Positions 29,525 to 39,126 are shown, counted from the stretch's first letter. The stretch is 49,846 nt of DNA from an uncultured Nitrospiraceae bacterium (GCA_964646375.1 CAZYEF010000002.1:1-49846), one strand, 5' to 3'. Numbers and translations are program-made. Notes: generated from the sequence alone by a model not told the origin.

Positions 29525-30547
29525 TTACTGAATGCCGTTTGCTTTCCAGTATGCCTTGACTTTCTCCTGCAACGGCTTCGGCAGCGGGATATAAATCAAT
29601 TTCTTTGCTGTCTGGTTGCCGTTCGTATATGCCCAGTCAAAGAATTTTGCGGTCTTCGCATTTGCGGCTTTTTTGTCTTTTGCCATAAGGATAAAGGTCG
29701 CTCCGGCGATGGGCCATGAATTTTTTCCCGGAGAATTGGTAAGCCAGACATAGAAATCCTTTGCGGGATCAAAATTACCCGAGGCGGCTGCGTCTTCAAA
29801 GGATTCAAAAGTAGGTTCAACAAATTTGCCGGCAGGATTCTTCAGCATTACATATACCAGATTGTTTTGTTTAGCATAGGCGAATTCCACGTAGCCGATG
29901 GAATTGTTCGTCTGTTTTACATAATTAGCCACGCCTTCATTGCCCTTGCCGCCGATGCCTACGGGCCATGACACCGATTTCCCTTCACCGACCTTGGTCT
30001 TCCAGTCTGCGGAGGATTCAGCAAGATAGTGGGTGAAGATCGCCGTCGTGCCTGAGCCGTCCGAACGGTGTACTACCGTAATGTCGCCAGATGACAGGTT
30101 CAGGCCGGGATTAAGCTTTTTAATCTGCGCATCATCCCATTTTTTGATATCGCCGAGAAAAATTTTTGCCAAGACGGTGGAATCCAGCTTTAACTGGCCT
30201 GACTTGACGCCTTTGATATTAATGACCGGGGTGATGCCGCCGACAACGGTTGGGAATTGAATCAGATTGTCTTTTTTCAGCTTTGTTGATTCCAGCGGGT
30301 CGTCTGAAGCCCCGAAGTCCACGGTCCGTTCGACAATCTGACGCTGTCCCGCGCCGGATCCGACGGACTGATAGTTAAGCTTGGTTCCTGTTACCTTGTT
30401 GTATTCATGTGCCCATGCTGAATAGAGGGGTGCGGGGAAGGATGCACCGGCGCCGTTTAACGTTTCTTCTGCATGTCCTATGGCTGTCATTAACATAAAC
30501 GTCACCAACATTACTGCACTTAAAGTCAATATTGCGATTTTTTTCAT
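29525..30547 (-). CDS. pstS: Periplasmic phosphate-binding protein PstS
   Basis: It has a signal peptide, then GAGASFPAPLY, YQSVGSGAG and RSDGSGTT, the phosphate-binding blocks. A GGAGGAG SD is present. Confidence 0.92.
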   Translation of the reverse strand: MKKIAILTLSAVMLVTFMLMTAIGHAEETLNGAGASFPAPLYSAWAHEYNKVTGTKLNYQSVGSGAGQRQIVERTVDFGASDDPLESTKLKKDNLIQFPTVVGGITPVINIKGVKSGQLKLDSTVLAKIFLGDIKKWDDAQIKKLNPGLNLSSGDITVVHRSDGSGTTAIFTHYLAESSADWKTKVGEGKSVSWPVGIGGKGNEGVANYVKQTNNSIGYVEFAYAKQNNLVYVMLKNPAGKFVEPTFESFEDAAASGNFDPAKDFYVWLTNSPGKNSWPIAGATFILMAKDKKAANAKTAKFFDWAYTNGNQTAKKLIYIPLPKPLQEKVKAYWKANGIQ

Positions 30548-30582
30548 CAGTACTCCTCCTTAATTGTTAAGTAGCTGCAATA

Positions 30583-30627
30583 ACCATACTATTGAATTGT
30601 TACAATTATGTTACAGTTCCATGACAA
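30583..30627 (-). promoter_or_regulatory. Pho-box-like promoter of pstS
   Basis: In gene orientation: TTGTCAT ggaa CTGTAAC ataa TTGTAAC, 10 nt, then TATGGT. The heptamers are at 30621-30627, 30610-30616 and 30599-30605, exactly 11 bp apart. Confidence 0.6.
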
Positions 30628-30707
30628 TTGCATAAAAAAGATTTTAACTAGATATAATTGTATCACGCATCGGCGCGGACATGTGCTCTTCTTAGGAGCG
30701 CATGCCG

Positions 30708-31109
30708 TCATGCACAGCAGAGATAGAGATTAATATTTTGCCGGAGATTAGCGATGTCTCCCTTGCAAATATATCCCTGAACTTTGCATGCAGAAACGAT
30801 TTCCCGCAGACTGCATTCATCATTTGAGGAATAAAAGACAATCGGAACGTGATTCGCCTCATGATTGGCACGCAGCATTGCTGCAAGCTTGTCGCCTGAT
30901 ACCCCAGGCATATTTATGTCGAGCAGCACCAGATCCGGCTTTAACTCCAGTATGCGATTGACCGCGCCGAACCCGTTATGATGAGTAATTACCTCAATCC
31001 CTTCGTTTTCTACCAGCTCCTTGACAATATCGAGATGCATTTCATCGTCATCAACTACGAATATCCTTTTTTTAGTCTGGTTCTCTTTTTCATGTAAAAT
31101 AACATTCAT
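30708..31109 (-). CDS. Stand-alone response-regulator receiver domain protein
   Basis: RIFVVDDDEMHL, DLVLLDINMPGVSG, FYSSN and YICKG. It has no output domain. ATG at 31109 follows GGAGGAA. Confidence 0.85.
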   Translation of the reverse strand: MNVILHEKENQTKKRIFVVDDDEMHLDIVKELVENEGIEVITHHNGFGAVNRILELKPDLVLLDINMPGVSGDKLAAMLRANHEANHVPIVFYSSNDECSLREIVSACKVQGYICKGDIANLRQNINLYLCCA

Positions 31110-31140
31110 GGCAGAATTTTTTCCTCCAAAACTATCCCGT

Positions 31141-31536
31141 TCACACCGGCAGAGAGGGTTCCGCATGCGGCTGCAGCAGGATGCATCTGACTTTGCTTTT
31201 CAGTTCTCCGATACACCCCTTACAGATATAACCTTTTGCTCCATACCGCGCGGCGTAATCACGCAGGCTGTCTTCATCATTTGATGAATAGAAAATGAAC
31301 GGTGAATCACGCCAACGGAGCAATTTTGCCAATTGATCGCCGGAAAGCCCCGGCATGTTGATGTCGAGCAGTATGAGGTCCGGACGCAGTTCTTTCACCA
31401 GAGTCGTTATACCTATCCCATGGTTGCTTTTATGTGTGCACACATACCATTGCTCGTCCTGCAGCAGTTCACTGGTCGTATAAAGATGCAGTTCGTCATC
31501 ATCAATTACCAGTATTTTCTTTTTGTTCCTGTCCAT
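31141..31536 (-). CDS. Stand-alone response-regulator receiver domain protein (paralogue of 30708..31109)
   Basis: KILVIDDDELHL, DLILLDINMPGLSG, FYSSNDEDSL and YICKG. It overlaps the 3' end of the upstream kinase gene by 35 nt. Confidence 0.85.
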   Translation of the reverse strand: MDRNKKKILVIDDDELHLYTTSELLQDEQWYVCTHKSNHGIGITTLVKELRPDLILLDINMPGLSGDQLAKLLRWRDSPFIFYSSNDEDSLRDYAARYGAKGYICKGCIGELKSKVRCILLQPHAEPSLPV

Positions 31537-32734
31537 GGAGAAATATTTCCCGCCTTTCCTTGTTTATGTGGATCGGGATTGAGAGTGAAAACGTCGTTCC
31601 CCTGCCGAACGTGCTTGATACGCCTATTGATCCTCCGAGGAGACCGGCCAGATTCCTGCTGATTGTCAATCCAAGTCCGGTCCCCTCGTATTGCTTGGTT
31701 TTGGCGTCTTCTACCTGAGTAAAGGCCGTGAACAGATTGGCAAGATGTTCTTCCTTGATTCCGATGCCTGTATCGGCTATCGAAATTTCCAGGATATTGT
31801 CTTTTCTGAGCAAGCCCATTGTAATAGTGCCGGCTTCAGTGAATTTGGCTGCATTGCTTGCAAGGTTCGTGATAATCTGCCGCAATTTAACCGGGTCGGA
31901 AATAATAGTAATAGATTCGGCACAGAGGGTAATCACGACATTGACCGGTTTGTTGCCGACAAGAATCCGGGTTGTTTGAGCGATTTCTGTTATAAGGGCC
32001 GAAACATCGACGGGCTGACATAATACGGTCATTTTCCCGGCTTCAATTTTCGACAAATCGAGAATGTTTGTGATTATTGTCCTGAGATTTGTCGCGCTGG
32101 TAATCATAAACGAGAGACGTTCCTTAATTTGTTCAATGGAATTCTTTTCTGCCGCCATGCGGAGCAATTCCGCAAGGCCAATGATGGCATTGACGGGCGA
32201 CCGAAGTTCATGGGTAACATTGGCCAGAAACTGCGATTTTATCAGGCTTATTTTTTCAAGCTCCTGCGCGCGCGCATTTGCTATTTCCTTTTGAAGTATG
32301 TTGCTCGCAAGTGCGTTGCTTTGCTGAATTACCAGTTGCTTGATGGATAAAAGACCCCGATAAATACCGTTGTTCTGTGTGACGATGATTTCATCGTAAA
32401 TATCCTGTGCCGGCCGTTCAAGGGCCATATCAATGGCCTCGCTGAGCGGGGTATTATCAGGCACAATAAGTGGGTTTGTTTCCGCCAGCGTGATGATGGA
32501 ATGCTTCCCATAGAGTTCAAAACCGAACCTTCGGAAAAGTGTGAAAAGCAGCTTTGTTCTTGTGATGAGCCCTCTCGGTCTTTTTTCTTCCACAAGTGCA
32601 ATTGCCTCCAGCTCAGTAGTGCTGAAAAAACGTTCTGCGACGCCGGTTACGCTCGTATGTGGTGATGTCTGTTCGCCGGATATAATAAGCTTTCCCACGG
32701 GAAGCATGTTGTCCAGAACGATTTCCGATTGCAT
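31502..32734 (-). CDS. Cytoplasmic histidine kinase with an N-terminal CBS-pair-like sensor
   Basis: The N-terminal ~140 aa has two CBS-like units (AIALVEEKRPRGLITRTKLL; IIVTQNNGIYRGLLSIKQLV). H-box is THELRSPVNAIIGLAELL, N-box is NLASNAAKFT, G-boxes are DTGIGI and GTGLGL. No TM segments. Confidence 0.85.
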   Translation of the reverse strand: MQSEIVLDNMLPVGKLIISGEQTSPHTSVTGVAERFFSTTELEAIALVEEKRPRGLITRTKLLFTLFRRFGFELYGKHSIITLAETNPLIVPDNTPLSEAIDMALERPAQDIYDEIIVTQNNGIYRGLLSIKQLVIQQSNALASNILQKEIANARAQELEKISLIKSQFLANVTHELRSPVNAIIGLAELLRMAAEKNSIEQIKERLSFMITSATNLRTIITNILDLSKIEAGKMTVLCQPVDVSALITEIAQTTRILVGNKPVNVVITLCAESITIISDPVKLRQIITNLASNAAKFTEAGTITMGLLRKDNILEISIADTGIGIKEEHLANLFTAFTQVEDAKTKQYEGTGLGLTISRNLAGLLGGSIGVSSTFGRGTTFSLSIPIHINKERREIFLHGQEQKENTGN

Positions 32735-32826
32735 GGGACCTCCCTGCTTTGCTGCATTTGATAAATTCTGTTAGCTATGAGCGGTTTTAGCACATTGCCT
32801 GTATCTCTTTTTGCCGTGCAGCCGCG

Positions 32827-33945
32827 CTATTTACCGATGACATTCCCGAGAAGGGGATATCGATTCTCGTTTCCTGTGCGGCAGATGACCGTTTCCTGAA
32901 GAAATGTCAGTATGAACGTGCTTCCGAAACCGGGGCTGCTTGTCACCGTAATTTTCCCGCCCATGGATTCTGTGAGAACTTTCACTATGTAGAGACCAAG
33001 CCCGGCACCTTTTACTGCCTCGCTTCCTCCGGCACGGTAAAACTTCTCGAAGATTCTCGGTATTTCATCTTTGGATATTCCGCAGCCTTCGTCACGCAGG
33101 GTGATGTTTGTATGATTATCAAATACTTCAAAGCAAGCCCAGATTTTTCCGCCTTCACGGTTATATTTTATGGCATTTGAGAAAATGTTTATCAGCACCT
33201 GACGGAGCGCCGTTTTATTTGCCAGGACCGTAGTTTTCATGCTTTCCACAATGTGTATCTCAATATGTTTTCTTGCTGCTTGATCGTAAAAAAAGTCAAC
33301 AACTTCCCTTGTTATCGCGACAATATCCACAGGCTCGACCGGCAGTGGTTGGCGGTTTTTTTCAAGCTGACTGAGCAATGAGGCGTCTTTTAACAGGCTT
33401 TCCGCATGCAAGGCAATAGTGTTGATCATTTTGAGGTGCCGCTGCTCACCATTTTTTCTGAGGGCAAGCGACGAGAATCCGCTGATGGTGGTCAGCGAGT
33501 TTCCCATTTCATGAATGAAATACCGCAGCGAAGTTTCTTTTTCACGTTCGCTCGATTGAAGGTTCTTCAAAATACTGCGGCGCTCCATCTGTTTTCGTAT
33601 CTTAAGCATTAATTCTGCGACGGAAAAAGGTTTTGACATGTAATCGTCCGCACCGAGAGTGAGGCCTGTTATGCGGTCTTTTTCATCGGAGAGCGCCGTC
33701 AGCATGATAATTGGAATGGACTTCCAGGCGATATTGTTTTTCACGATGCGGCATACTTCCCAGCCGTTCAGGCCCGGCATCATAACGTCGAGAAGCAGCA
33801 AATCAGGAGGGCGGTTCCGCATTGCTTCAATTGTTTCTTTACCGTTGCGGACAACCAGTGTTCTGTAATTTTCTCTTTCCAGATTGTACTGTATTAATTT
33901 CGACAGATCGTCTTCATCGTCGGCAATAAGGATAAATTCGTTCAT
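32827..33945 (-). CDS. Hybrid protein: N-terminal receiver domain fused to a HisKA/HATPase kinase core
   Basis: The receiver has ILIADDEDD, DLLLLDVMMPGLNG, IIMLTALSDEKDRITGLTLGADDYMSKPF (OmpR/PhoB-like receiver pattern). Then comes H-box FIHEMGNSLTTISGF, NIFSNAIKYN, DEGCGI and GAGLGL. AAGGAG SD is present. Confidence 0.85.
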   Translation of the reverse strand: MNEFILIADDEDDLSKLIQYNLERENYRTLVVRNGKETIEAMRNRPPDLLLLDVMMPGLNGWEVCRIVKNNIAWKSIPIIMLTALSDEKDRITGLTLGADDYMSKPFSVAELMLKIRKQMERRSILKNLQSSEREKETSLRYFIHEMGNSLTTISGFSSLALRKNGEQRHLKMINTIALHAESLLKDASLLSQLEKNRQPLPVEPVDIVAITREVVDFFYDQAARKHIEIHIVESMKTTVLANKTALRQVLINIFSNAIKYNREGGKIWACFEVFDNHTNITLRDEGCGISKDEIPRIFEKFYRAGGSEAVKGAGLGLYIVKVLTESMGGKITVTSSPGFGSTFILTFLQETVICRTGNENRYPLLGNVIGK

Positions 33946-33966
33946 GATTGATGCTCCTTGGCTGAT

Positions 33967-34022
33967 ACTATCGCATGTCTTTATTACAGTATTGTTATGG
34001 TACTGTTAAATTTATGTTAAGC
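33967..34022 (-). promoter_or_regulatory. Pho-box-like promoter of the REC-HK hybrid gene
   Basis: In gene orientation: GCTTAAC, ATTTAAC, CCATAAC, CTGTAAT at 34016-34022, 34005-34011, 33994-34000 and 33983-33989 (11-bp phasing). Then 10 nt, then GATAGT; TAGTAT lies 2 nt further. Confidence 0.45.
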
Positions 34023-34272
34023 AAAAAATAATTGTATTTTGTAAAGACTTGATTTCAGGTGTTTATACGTGAGAGAAGGAACTGATTTCGGTAATTACCT
34101 GGATAGGGAATCTCTTGACTCCTGTCGAGGAAGGAGTGTAGTAAGCCGTGGGAGGTTGCGTTCTCCGAGGGAACCCCCGCTTCCTATCGGAGATTGATAC
34201 ATTCCTTGCAACAGAAAATTCGAAGATTTCCGTCAGGAGCGGCAGGAGGGGGCTCTATTCATCATTGCGTAA

Positions 34273-35115
34273 TCAACGATACTCCGGACTCGACGGATGG
34301 TCTGTATATTCGACGGGCAGTTCCACTTCAGCTATGGTTCCTTCACCAAATTTGCTCGAAATTATCATGGCGCCGTCCAAAGTCTTTAAATGCTTCTGGA
34401 CCATTTTAATGCCTGATAGCGGCGTTTTGGATCGTCGTCCGGTTTGTTTCAACCGTGCCGGCTCGGATTGTGTGAGCAGTGTTTTAATTTGTTCTGCTGT
34501 CATGCCGATACCGGTATCGGTAATAGTAAAACGGATTCGGTTCTTATCTTTATAAAGAATGATGGCAACTCTGCCATGGTTCGTATATTTGGCGGCATTG
34601 GCGCAGAGTTCTGTAACAATCTGCTTGATTGTAAAACGGTTCGAAAAAACAAACACCGGGCACGGTTAGGAAATATACGTGACTTTTACAGGTTTACTTC
34701 TTACCTGCAGTTGTATTCTTTGAACTATTTCCTGTAACAGCGCGTCGATGTCGAAAATACAATATTCAAAGGCATCTGTGGCTGGCTCCGGATTATTTGA
34801 GTTAACAAGAATTGACAGGGCTTCAGCAAAGTTTGTTGTCTTTATCTTGAGAAGAGCGAACCTGCGCTCAAGGCTTTCAATGTCTTTGGTTACATACGCT
34901 TCTCTCATCAGGTCCCCTACGGCGAGGATTTCATATAGAAAATATCCCAGGTCCCTGGTGGCATCATGAAGTAAAGGGACTTTTTTAAAATCTGAGTATT
35001 TCGACGTCTGGTTATTTGCTTTTAACGATTCAGCTGTTTGAGCAAAATGGAGCAACATGTTTTTATGCGCAGGAATTTTCCCCGAGGCAAGAGACTGTCC
35101 TTGTTCTGTAATCAT
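34273..35115 (-). pseudogene. Histidine-kinase-like (GHKL ATPase) gene interrupted by a single in-frame TAA
   Basis: ORFs 34666..35115 and 34273..34656 are in the same frame. Read-through gives ...KPVKVTYIS*PCPVFVFSNRFTIKQIVTELCANAAKYT. The TAA at 34668-34666 falls just before the N-box. DTGIGM is present and the G2 region is degenerate. GGAGGG SD lies before 35115. Confidence 0.6.
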
Positions 35116-35165
35116 AATTCCCTCCGCGTTTTAAACCTCGACCAATAGCCTGGATGTGGCTGATT

Positions 35166-37019
35166 TTAGGCACACGGTGCCAAAAGCTTATTGCTCATTG
35201 TTTCATGATAGGTGGTAAATTTTAACGCTCCTTCTTTGCCAAAATACCGTTCTCGCATTTTAGGATCTGTTTGCATTAAATCAACAATGATCAGACCGTC
35301 AAGCACGTAACCAAATGCCGGGTCCACATTAAATCCGACGATGCGTCCTCCGAGCTTAAGATATTGCTTTAAAAGGATCGGAATGCCTTTCCGGTCTTCT
35401 TCGATGCAGGATATCAGGTTGGAACAATCATCGGAATCGTCCTTTAGCATGCGCACAATGCCATCAGTGTCCCATTTTCGCATGCCTTTTGAACGAAATG
35501 GTTTTTTCGGCTGGACGAATTCGGCAAGATCGGTCTGGTATCGGTTTGCTGTCAGATAATCGACCATGAGCTGCTTTGACAATGGTTGATATTCACGAGT
35601 GATGCTTACCGGGCCGAACAGCGTTCTATAGTGCGGATGCGCGACCAGGAATTGCGCAATTCCCTTCCAGAGCAGCAGAAGAGGAGTATAGGATTTTTGA
35701 TATTCAGGACGTACAAATGAGCGCCCCAATTCCAGCGCCGGTCCCATGTGTTCCAGAAAACCGGATTTATAATGGAAGAGTGTGCTGGTGTAAAGACCTT
35801 GAAGCCCCTGTGTATTGACAAGTTCATCTGTTTTGCCGAGACGATAGGCACCTACTACCTCACGGGTCTCCCGGTTCCATATAAAAAGATGAACATAGGT
35901 TGCATCGTATCGGTCTCTATCCAGCGATTTTCCCGTTCCTTCACCCACGGCACGGAATGTTTTTTCCCGTAAGCGGCAGATTTCAGTCAGAAGGCAGGGA
36001 ATTTGATGACCTTTGGCATAAAAAACCATGAGGTTGCCGTTCTCAATTAAAAGCTGGTCGGCCGGCAACAGGCTGATTTCATCGGCCATGCGGCTTGGAT
36101 TCTGAGCAGGTATGATTGGTTTTTCGTTTTTAGTTTTTATGATAGGTAGCAACGGTGATGTATTTTCCTTCCTGGTGTGATTATTTCTTAACTCGAGAAG
36201 ATACGTACGGAGCCTGAGATATCTGGTTACATCATCGTCCCCGTCGAATTCGTTTAATTTTTCTACGGGAATCAATTCTCCTACACGTACCTGTATTTTT
36301 TTATGCTTTTTATTAAAAAGTTCATTTGGCAGCATGGCGGTCCGCAGCAGCGGATGTACCATTCCCGCTACATGGAATGCTGCGCTGTTTGTTCCGCGAA
36401 AGAAGACCGGGAGCACTGGGGTTGATGTGATTTTGCTGATGCGGGCAATGCTTGTGCTCCAGTCCGGGTCGGTGATTGCGCCTTTTTGGACATTGAAATG
36501 TGAAACTTCTCCGGCTGGAAATACGACCAGCATTCCGCCTTTTTTCAACCATTGAATGCATTCTCTGACAGGTCTGATATTGTCCCTGATTGATGTGACA
36601 GTATTGAAAGGATTTACGGAAATCAGCAGATCACGCATTTCCGGAATGTATTTCAGGAGATAATTTGCTATGAACTTCACGTCGCTTCGTACCGATCGGA
36701 GAAGAGTTGCAAGGATGATGCCTTCAATACCGCCGAAAGGGTGGTTCGCGACAACAAGAACGGGACCTTTCTGGAAATTGATCCGTTTTCGATCTGTTTC
36801 AGTAATGTCATAAGACACATTGAGTCGTTCAAGGGCTTTTTCAGGGAAAGAACGATCGTCTTTCATCGTGGTAATATCAGCATATGTCCGATTCAAGCGC
36901 GGAAACGCCAGAAAATGTTCCAAGGGGCCTTTTACCAGTGAAAAAAGCTTGTTTTGCAGTGGATCCTTAAAATCGAGAGACAGGTTGAAAATTCGATTTG
37001 GCTGGTTCTGCTGCAGCAT
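35166..37019 (-). CDS. Bifunctional acyltransferase, OlsF-like: N-terminal PlsC-type O-acyltransferase plus C-terminal OlsB/GNAT-type N-acyltransferase (aminolipid synthase candidate)
   Basis: The N-domain has VVANHPFGGIEG and FPAGEVS. The C-domain has LREKTFRAVGEGTGKSLDRDRYD..HLFIWN....VVGAYRL, typical of OlsB-like N-acyltransferases. This domain order matches what I recall for OlsF. Confidence 0.65.
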   Translation of the reverse strand: MLQQNQPNRIFNLSLDFKDPLQNKLFSLVKGPLEHFLAFPRLNRTYADITTMKDDRSFPEKALERLNVSYDITETDRKRINFQKGPVLVVANHPFGGIEGIILATLLRSVRSDVKFIANYLLKYIPEMRDLLISVNPFNTVTSIRDNIRPVRECIQWLKKGGMLVVFPAGEVSHFNVQKGAITDPDWSTSIARISKITSTPVLPVFFRGTNSAAFHVAGMVHPLLRTAMLPNELFNKKHKKIQVRVGELIPVEKLNEFDGDDDVTRYLRLRTYLLELRNNHTRKENTSPLLPIIKTKNEKPIIPAQNPSRMADEISLLPADQLLIENGNLMVFYAKGHQIPCLLTEICRLREKTFRAVGEGTGKSLDRDRYDATYVHLFIWNRETREVVGAYRLGKTDELVNTQGLQGLYTSTLFHYKSGFLEHMGPALELGRSFVRPEYQKSYTPLLLLWKGIAQFLVAHPHYRTLFGPVSITREYQPLSKQLMVDYLTANRYQTDLAEFVQPKKPFRSKGMRKWDTDGIVRMLKDDSDDCSNLISCIEEDRKGIPILLKQYLKLGGRIVGFNVDPAFGYVLDGLIIVDLMQTDPKMRERYFGKEGALKFTTYHETMSNKLLAPCA

Positions 37020-37088
37020 AGGTCGCTCCTTTTATTCAAAAGTAATATTTAAAAGCACAACATAGTTTCAAAGGACAAGGTCTTGTAC

Positions 37089-38330
37089 TTATGCAAAACG
37101 TTCTCGTATGACGTTTGTGATTCGGTATCTCCATGACCAGATTCCGGTTTCCGGGCAAGGCATCAGCCGTGAATCTTTGCCGATATGGTAACGGTTTCCA
37201 CGCCACGCCACTGTTGAACTCAGAATAGGCACGAACCAGATGCCGCCTATTATTAAATCCTTTACAGGACTCAGGAAGTAAGTAAACAGTGATTGTCTAT
37301 GCAAGTCCTTCTTGACGGCAGACATAGCAATAATTTTTCCAGTCAATGAATCAGTAAAAATTTTCATTAATCCGATACCGCCTGCAAATGACAGCGTTGT
37401 GCTTGATGGACCGTTGAAAATAACCGGCAGGACCGAAATAAATACAGGATTGGAGAGAAGCTCGGAAATATACTTATAACCGCCGATTTTCCATCTGAGT
37501 TTTCCCCATCTCGTGTGACGGTTCAGGAATCGTTTGATGTCCCAGTATTCATTAACATTGGTGATCAGATAATTTGACAAAACCACCCGTTTGCCTATGC
37601 GGGCCATTTCTCTGCCGATAATATAATCTTCCGCCAGAATATCTTTGAATGCGCCAAATCCACCGAGTTTTTCGAGGTCTGTTTTGCTCATGAGCATTGA
37701 TTTGCCGATAACACACGGCATCCGCAAAAACCGATCGAGAAAACTGACGCTGCCGATGATAAAGGAGTTCAGATGAAGATTTTCCAGAAGCGCGCCGATG
37801 CTGCGGCCGCCGGTTCCGTGGATCATATTGCTTACAAGGCCAACCGACGAATCACGCGTGTGTTTTGCAATTTCCCGGAGATAGTTTTTATCTACCATGA
37901 CATTACTGTCGCTGATGAGGATGTGTGAATGGCGGGAAGCTCTGTACGCCGGGATAAGGTTGTTTACTTTCGGGTTGAGTCCTGTATTACACTTTTCGAC
38001 GACAATTCTGATTTTTTTGTCCGCATATTTGTCCTTGATTTTTGCCACCACTTTATATGCTGGATCATTGCGGTCCTGAAGCGCAAAGACGACTTCATAT
38101 TCGGAATAGTCTTGAGTGCAGAAACTGGCAAGGTTGTCAAAAAGATTGTCGTCAAGTCCTTTGAGCGGTTTCAATATGGAAATGGGCGGAAGGGATTTCA
38201 GGTCATTTTGCGAAGGGAGATCGGCGGGTCTGCGCTGTCTTTTGAGAAGCGCATATACAGCCGCCGTCTGAAGCAGGCAAAGCAGAATGCCCACTATTGA
38301 AATTATTGCGCAGATGTGGAATAAGGTCAT
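37089..38330 (-). CDS. GT21-type (ceramide glucosyltransferase-like) membrane glycosyltransferase, a candidate diacylglycerol glycosyltransferase
   Basis: It has an N-terminal TM, ISILKPLKGLDDNL, ISDSNV, AEDY and RHTRWGKLRW (the (Q/R)xxRW motif). ATG at 38330 follows GGAGG. The longer 456-aa ORF would overlap the PHP gene. Confidence 0.8.
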   Translation of the reverse strand: MTLFHICAIISIVGILLCLLQTAAVYALLKRQRRPADLPSQNDLKSLPPISILKPLKGLDDNLFDNLASFCTQDYSEYEVVFALQDRNDPAYKVVAKIKDKYADKKIRIVVEKCNTGLNPKVNNLIPAYRASRHSHILISDSNVMVDKNYLREIAKHTRDSSVGLVSNMIHGTGGRSIGALLENLHLNSFIIGSVSFLDRFLRMPCVIGKSMLMSKTDLEKLGGFGAFKDILAEDYIIGREMARIGKRVVLSNYLITNVNEYWDIKRFLNRHTRWGKLRWKIGGYKYISELLSNPVFISVLPVIFNGPSSTTLSFAGGIGLMKIFTDSLTGKIIAMSAVKKDLHRQSLFTYFLSPVKDLIIGGIWFVPILSSTVAWRGNRYHIGKDSRLMPCPETGIWSWRYRITNVIRERFA

Positions 38331-38380
38331 GGTATGCCTCCATCGGATATGTTGTAGGGAATAAAATGAGCTTTCATCAG

Positions 38381-39073
38381 TCAATTCCTGAAGAGTGTGA
38401 TCGCCACACCCCTGTTGTGTTTGATGCAGTTTTTGACGCAGTCTACAGTTTTTTCGCAATTGAGCAGCGTTTTCCAGGAGTAGAGATGATGCGGTTTATG
38501 AAAATCGCTGTTGGCGACGTAGGGATATTTTTTCAGACTGATTACGTTAAATACATCATCCCGGTTGGCTATTTCCCATGCGTCTATGTATTTGGCATAT
38601 TTATCTCTGTTGTTCCAGAGAAAGAGGGTATCCTGGGTAGTGGGGTCAGGAGTGTGATGAGGGTGGCAAGCAACGATCAGGGCATTCTGTTTGCGCGCTT
38701 CTATGAAAATTTCTTCGCAATTCAAGCAGGCGGGAATGAATTCCTTTATATCAAGCACTAGGAAGTGGGCTGATTCATCTTCTGATAAGTAATTTTTACT
38801 TATTTCCACACCCGGGACCACCAGCATCCCGTATTTGTTCATGGCCCGTTCTGCTTCTTCACGGATGGCAAGAAGATATTCGTTGAAGTTGTCCCGTTTC
38901 ACGGAAAGATTAAACTTTTGCGCAAACTTTCCGATTACATTGTCACCGTTCACCACGTGGTCCGTAATGGCAATGACATCAAAGCCCGCTTGTCCAAAGA
39001 GATCAATCGTTTTTCTCATTTCCACCGACCCGTCGGAGTAGGTGGTGTGAATATGAAAATCACACAGTATCAT
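38381..39073 (-). CDS. PHP-domain metal-dependent phosphoesterase
   Basis: MILCDFHIHTTYSDGS, AITDHV, ...HFLVL..., ACHPHH and NSDFH give the His/Asp metal-ligand pattern of PHP domains. Confidence 0.85.
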   Translation of the reverse strand: MILCDFHIHTTYSDGSVEMRKTIDLFGQAGFDVIAITDHVVNGDNVIGKFAQKFNLSVKRDNFNEYLLAIREEAERAMNKYGMLVVPGVEISKNYLSEDESAHFLVLDIKEFIPACLNCEEIFIEARKQNALIVACHPHHTPDPTTQDTLFLWNNRDKYAKYIDAWEIANRDDVFNVISLKKYPYVANSDFHKPHHLYSWKTLLNCEKTVDCVKNCIKHNRGVAITLFRN

Positions 39074-39081
39074 TGTGTTCG

Positions 39082-39126
39082 AATATACGCTTTTAATATT
39101 ACGGGCAGATTACGGGCAGATTAAAT
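39082..39126 (-). promoter_or_regulatory. Perfect 11-bp tandem repeat forming a Pho-box-like internal promoter ahead of the PHP gene
   Basis: On the plus strand: ATTACGGGCAG ATTACGGGCAG ATTA (39098-39123). In gene orientation: ATTTAAT, CCGTAAT, CCGTAAT, 10 nt, TATATT (39087-39082), then 8 nt to the ATG at 39073. Confidence 0.45.

Noticed and set aside
32758-32774. Possible Pho-like heptamers (TGTTAG / TTGATA on the plus strand) upstream of the CBS-kinase gene
   Set aside because: Only one heptamer is a reasonable match, the neighbours at +/-11 bp do not fit, and there is no -10 at the expected distance. The gene is probably co-transcribed with the REC-HK gene.
34638-34645. GGTTCGAA, the T-loop signature of tRNAs
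   Set aside because: It lies inside the kinase-like coding sequence with no flanking acceptor or anticodon stems. I found no tRNA-like cloverleaf anywhere in the window.
39098-39123. Tandem direct repeat considered as a minimal CRISPR-like or mobile-element repeat
   Set aside because: There are only 2.4 directly adjacent 11-bp units with no spacers and no cas genes. The phase and sequence match the other Pho-box-like arrays, so I interpret it as a regulatory site.
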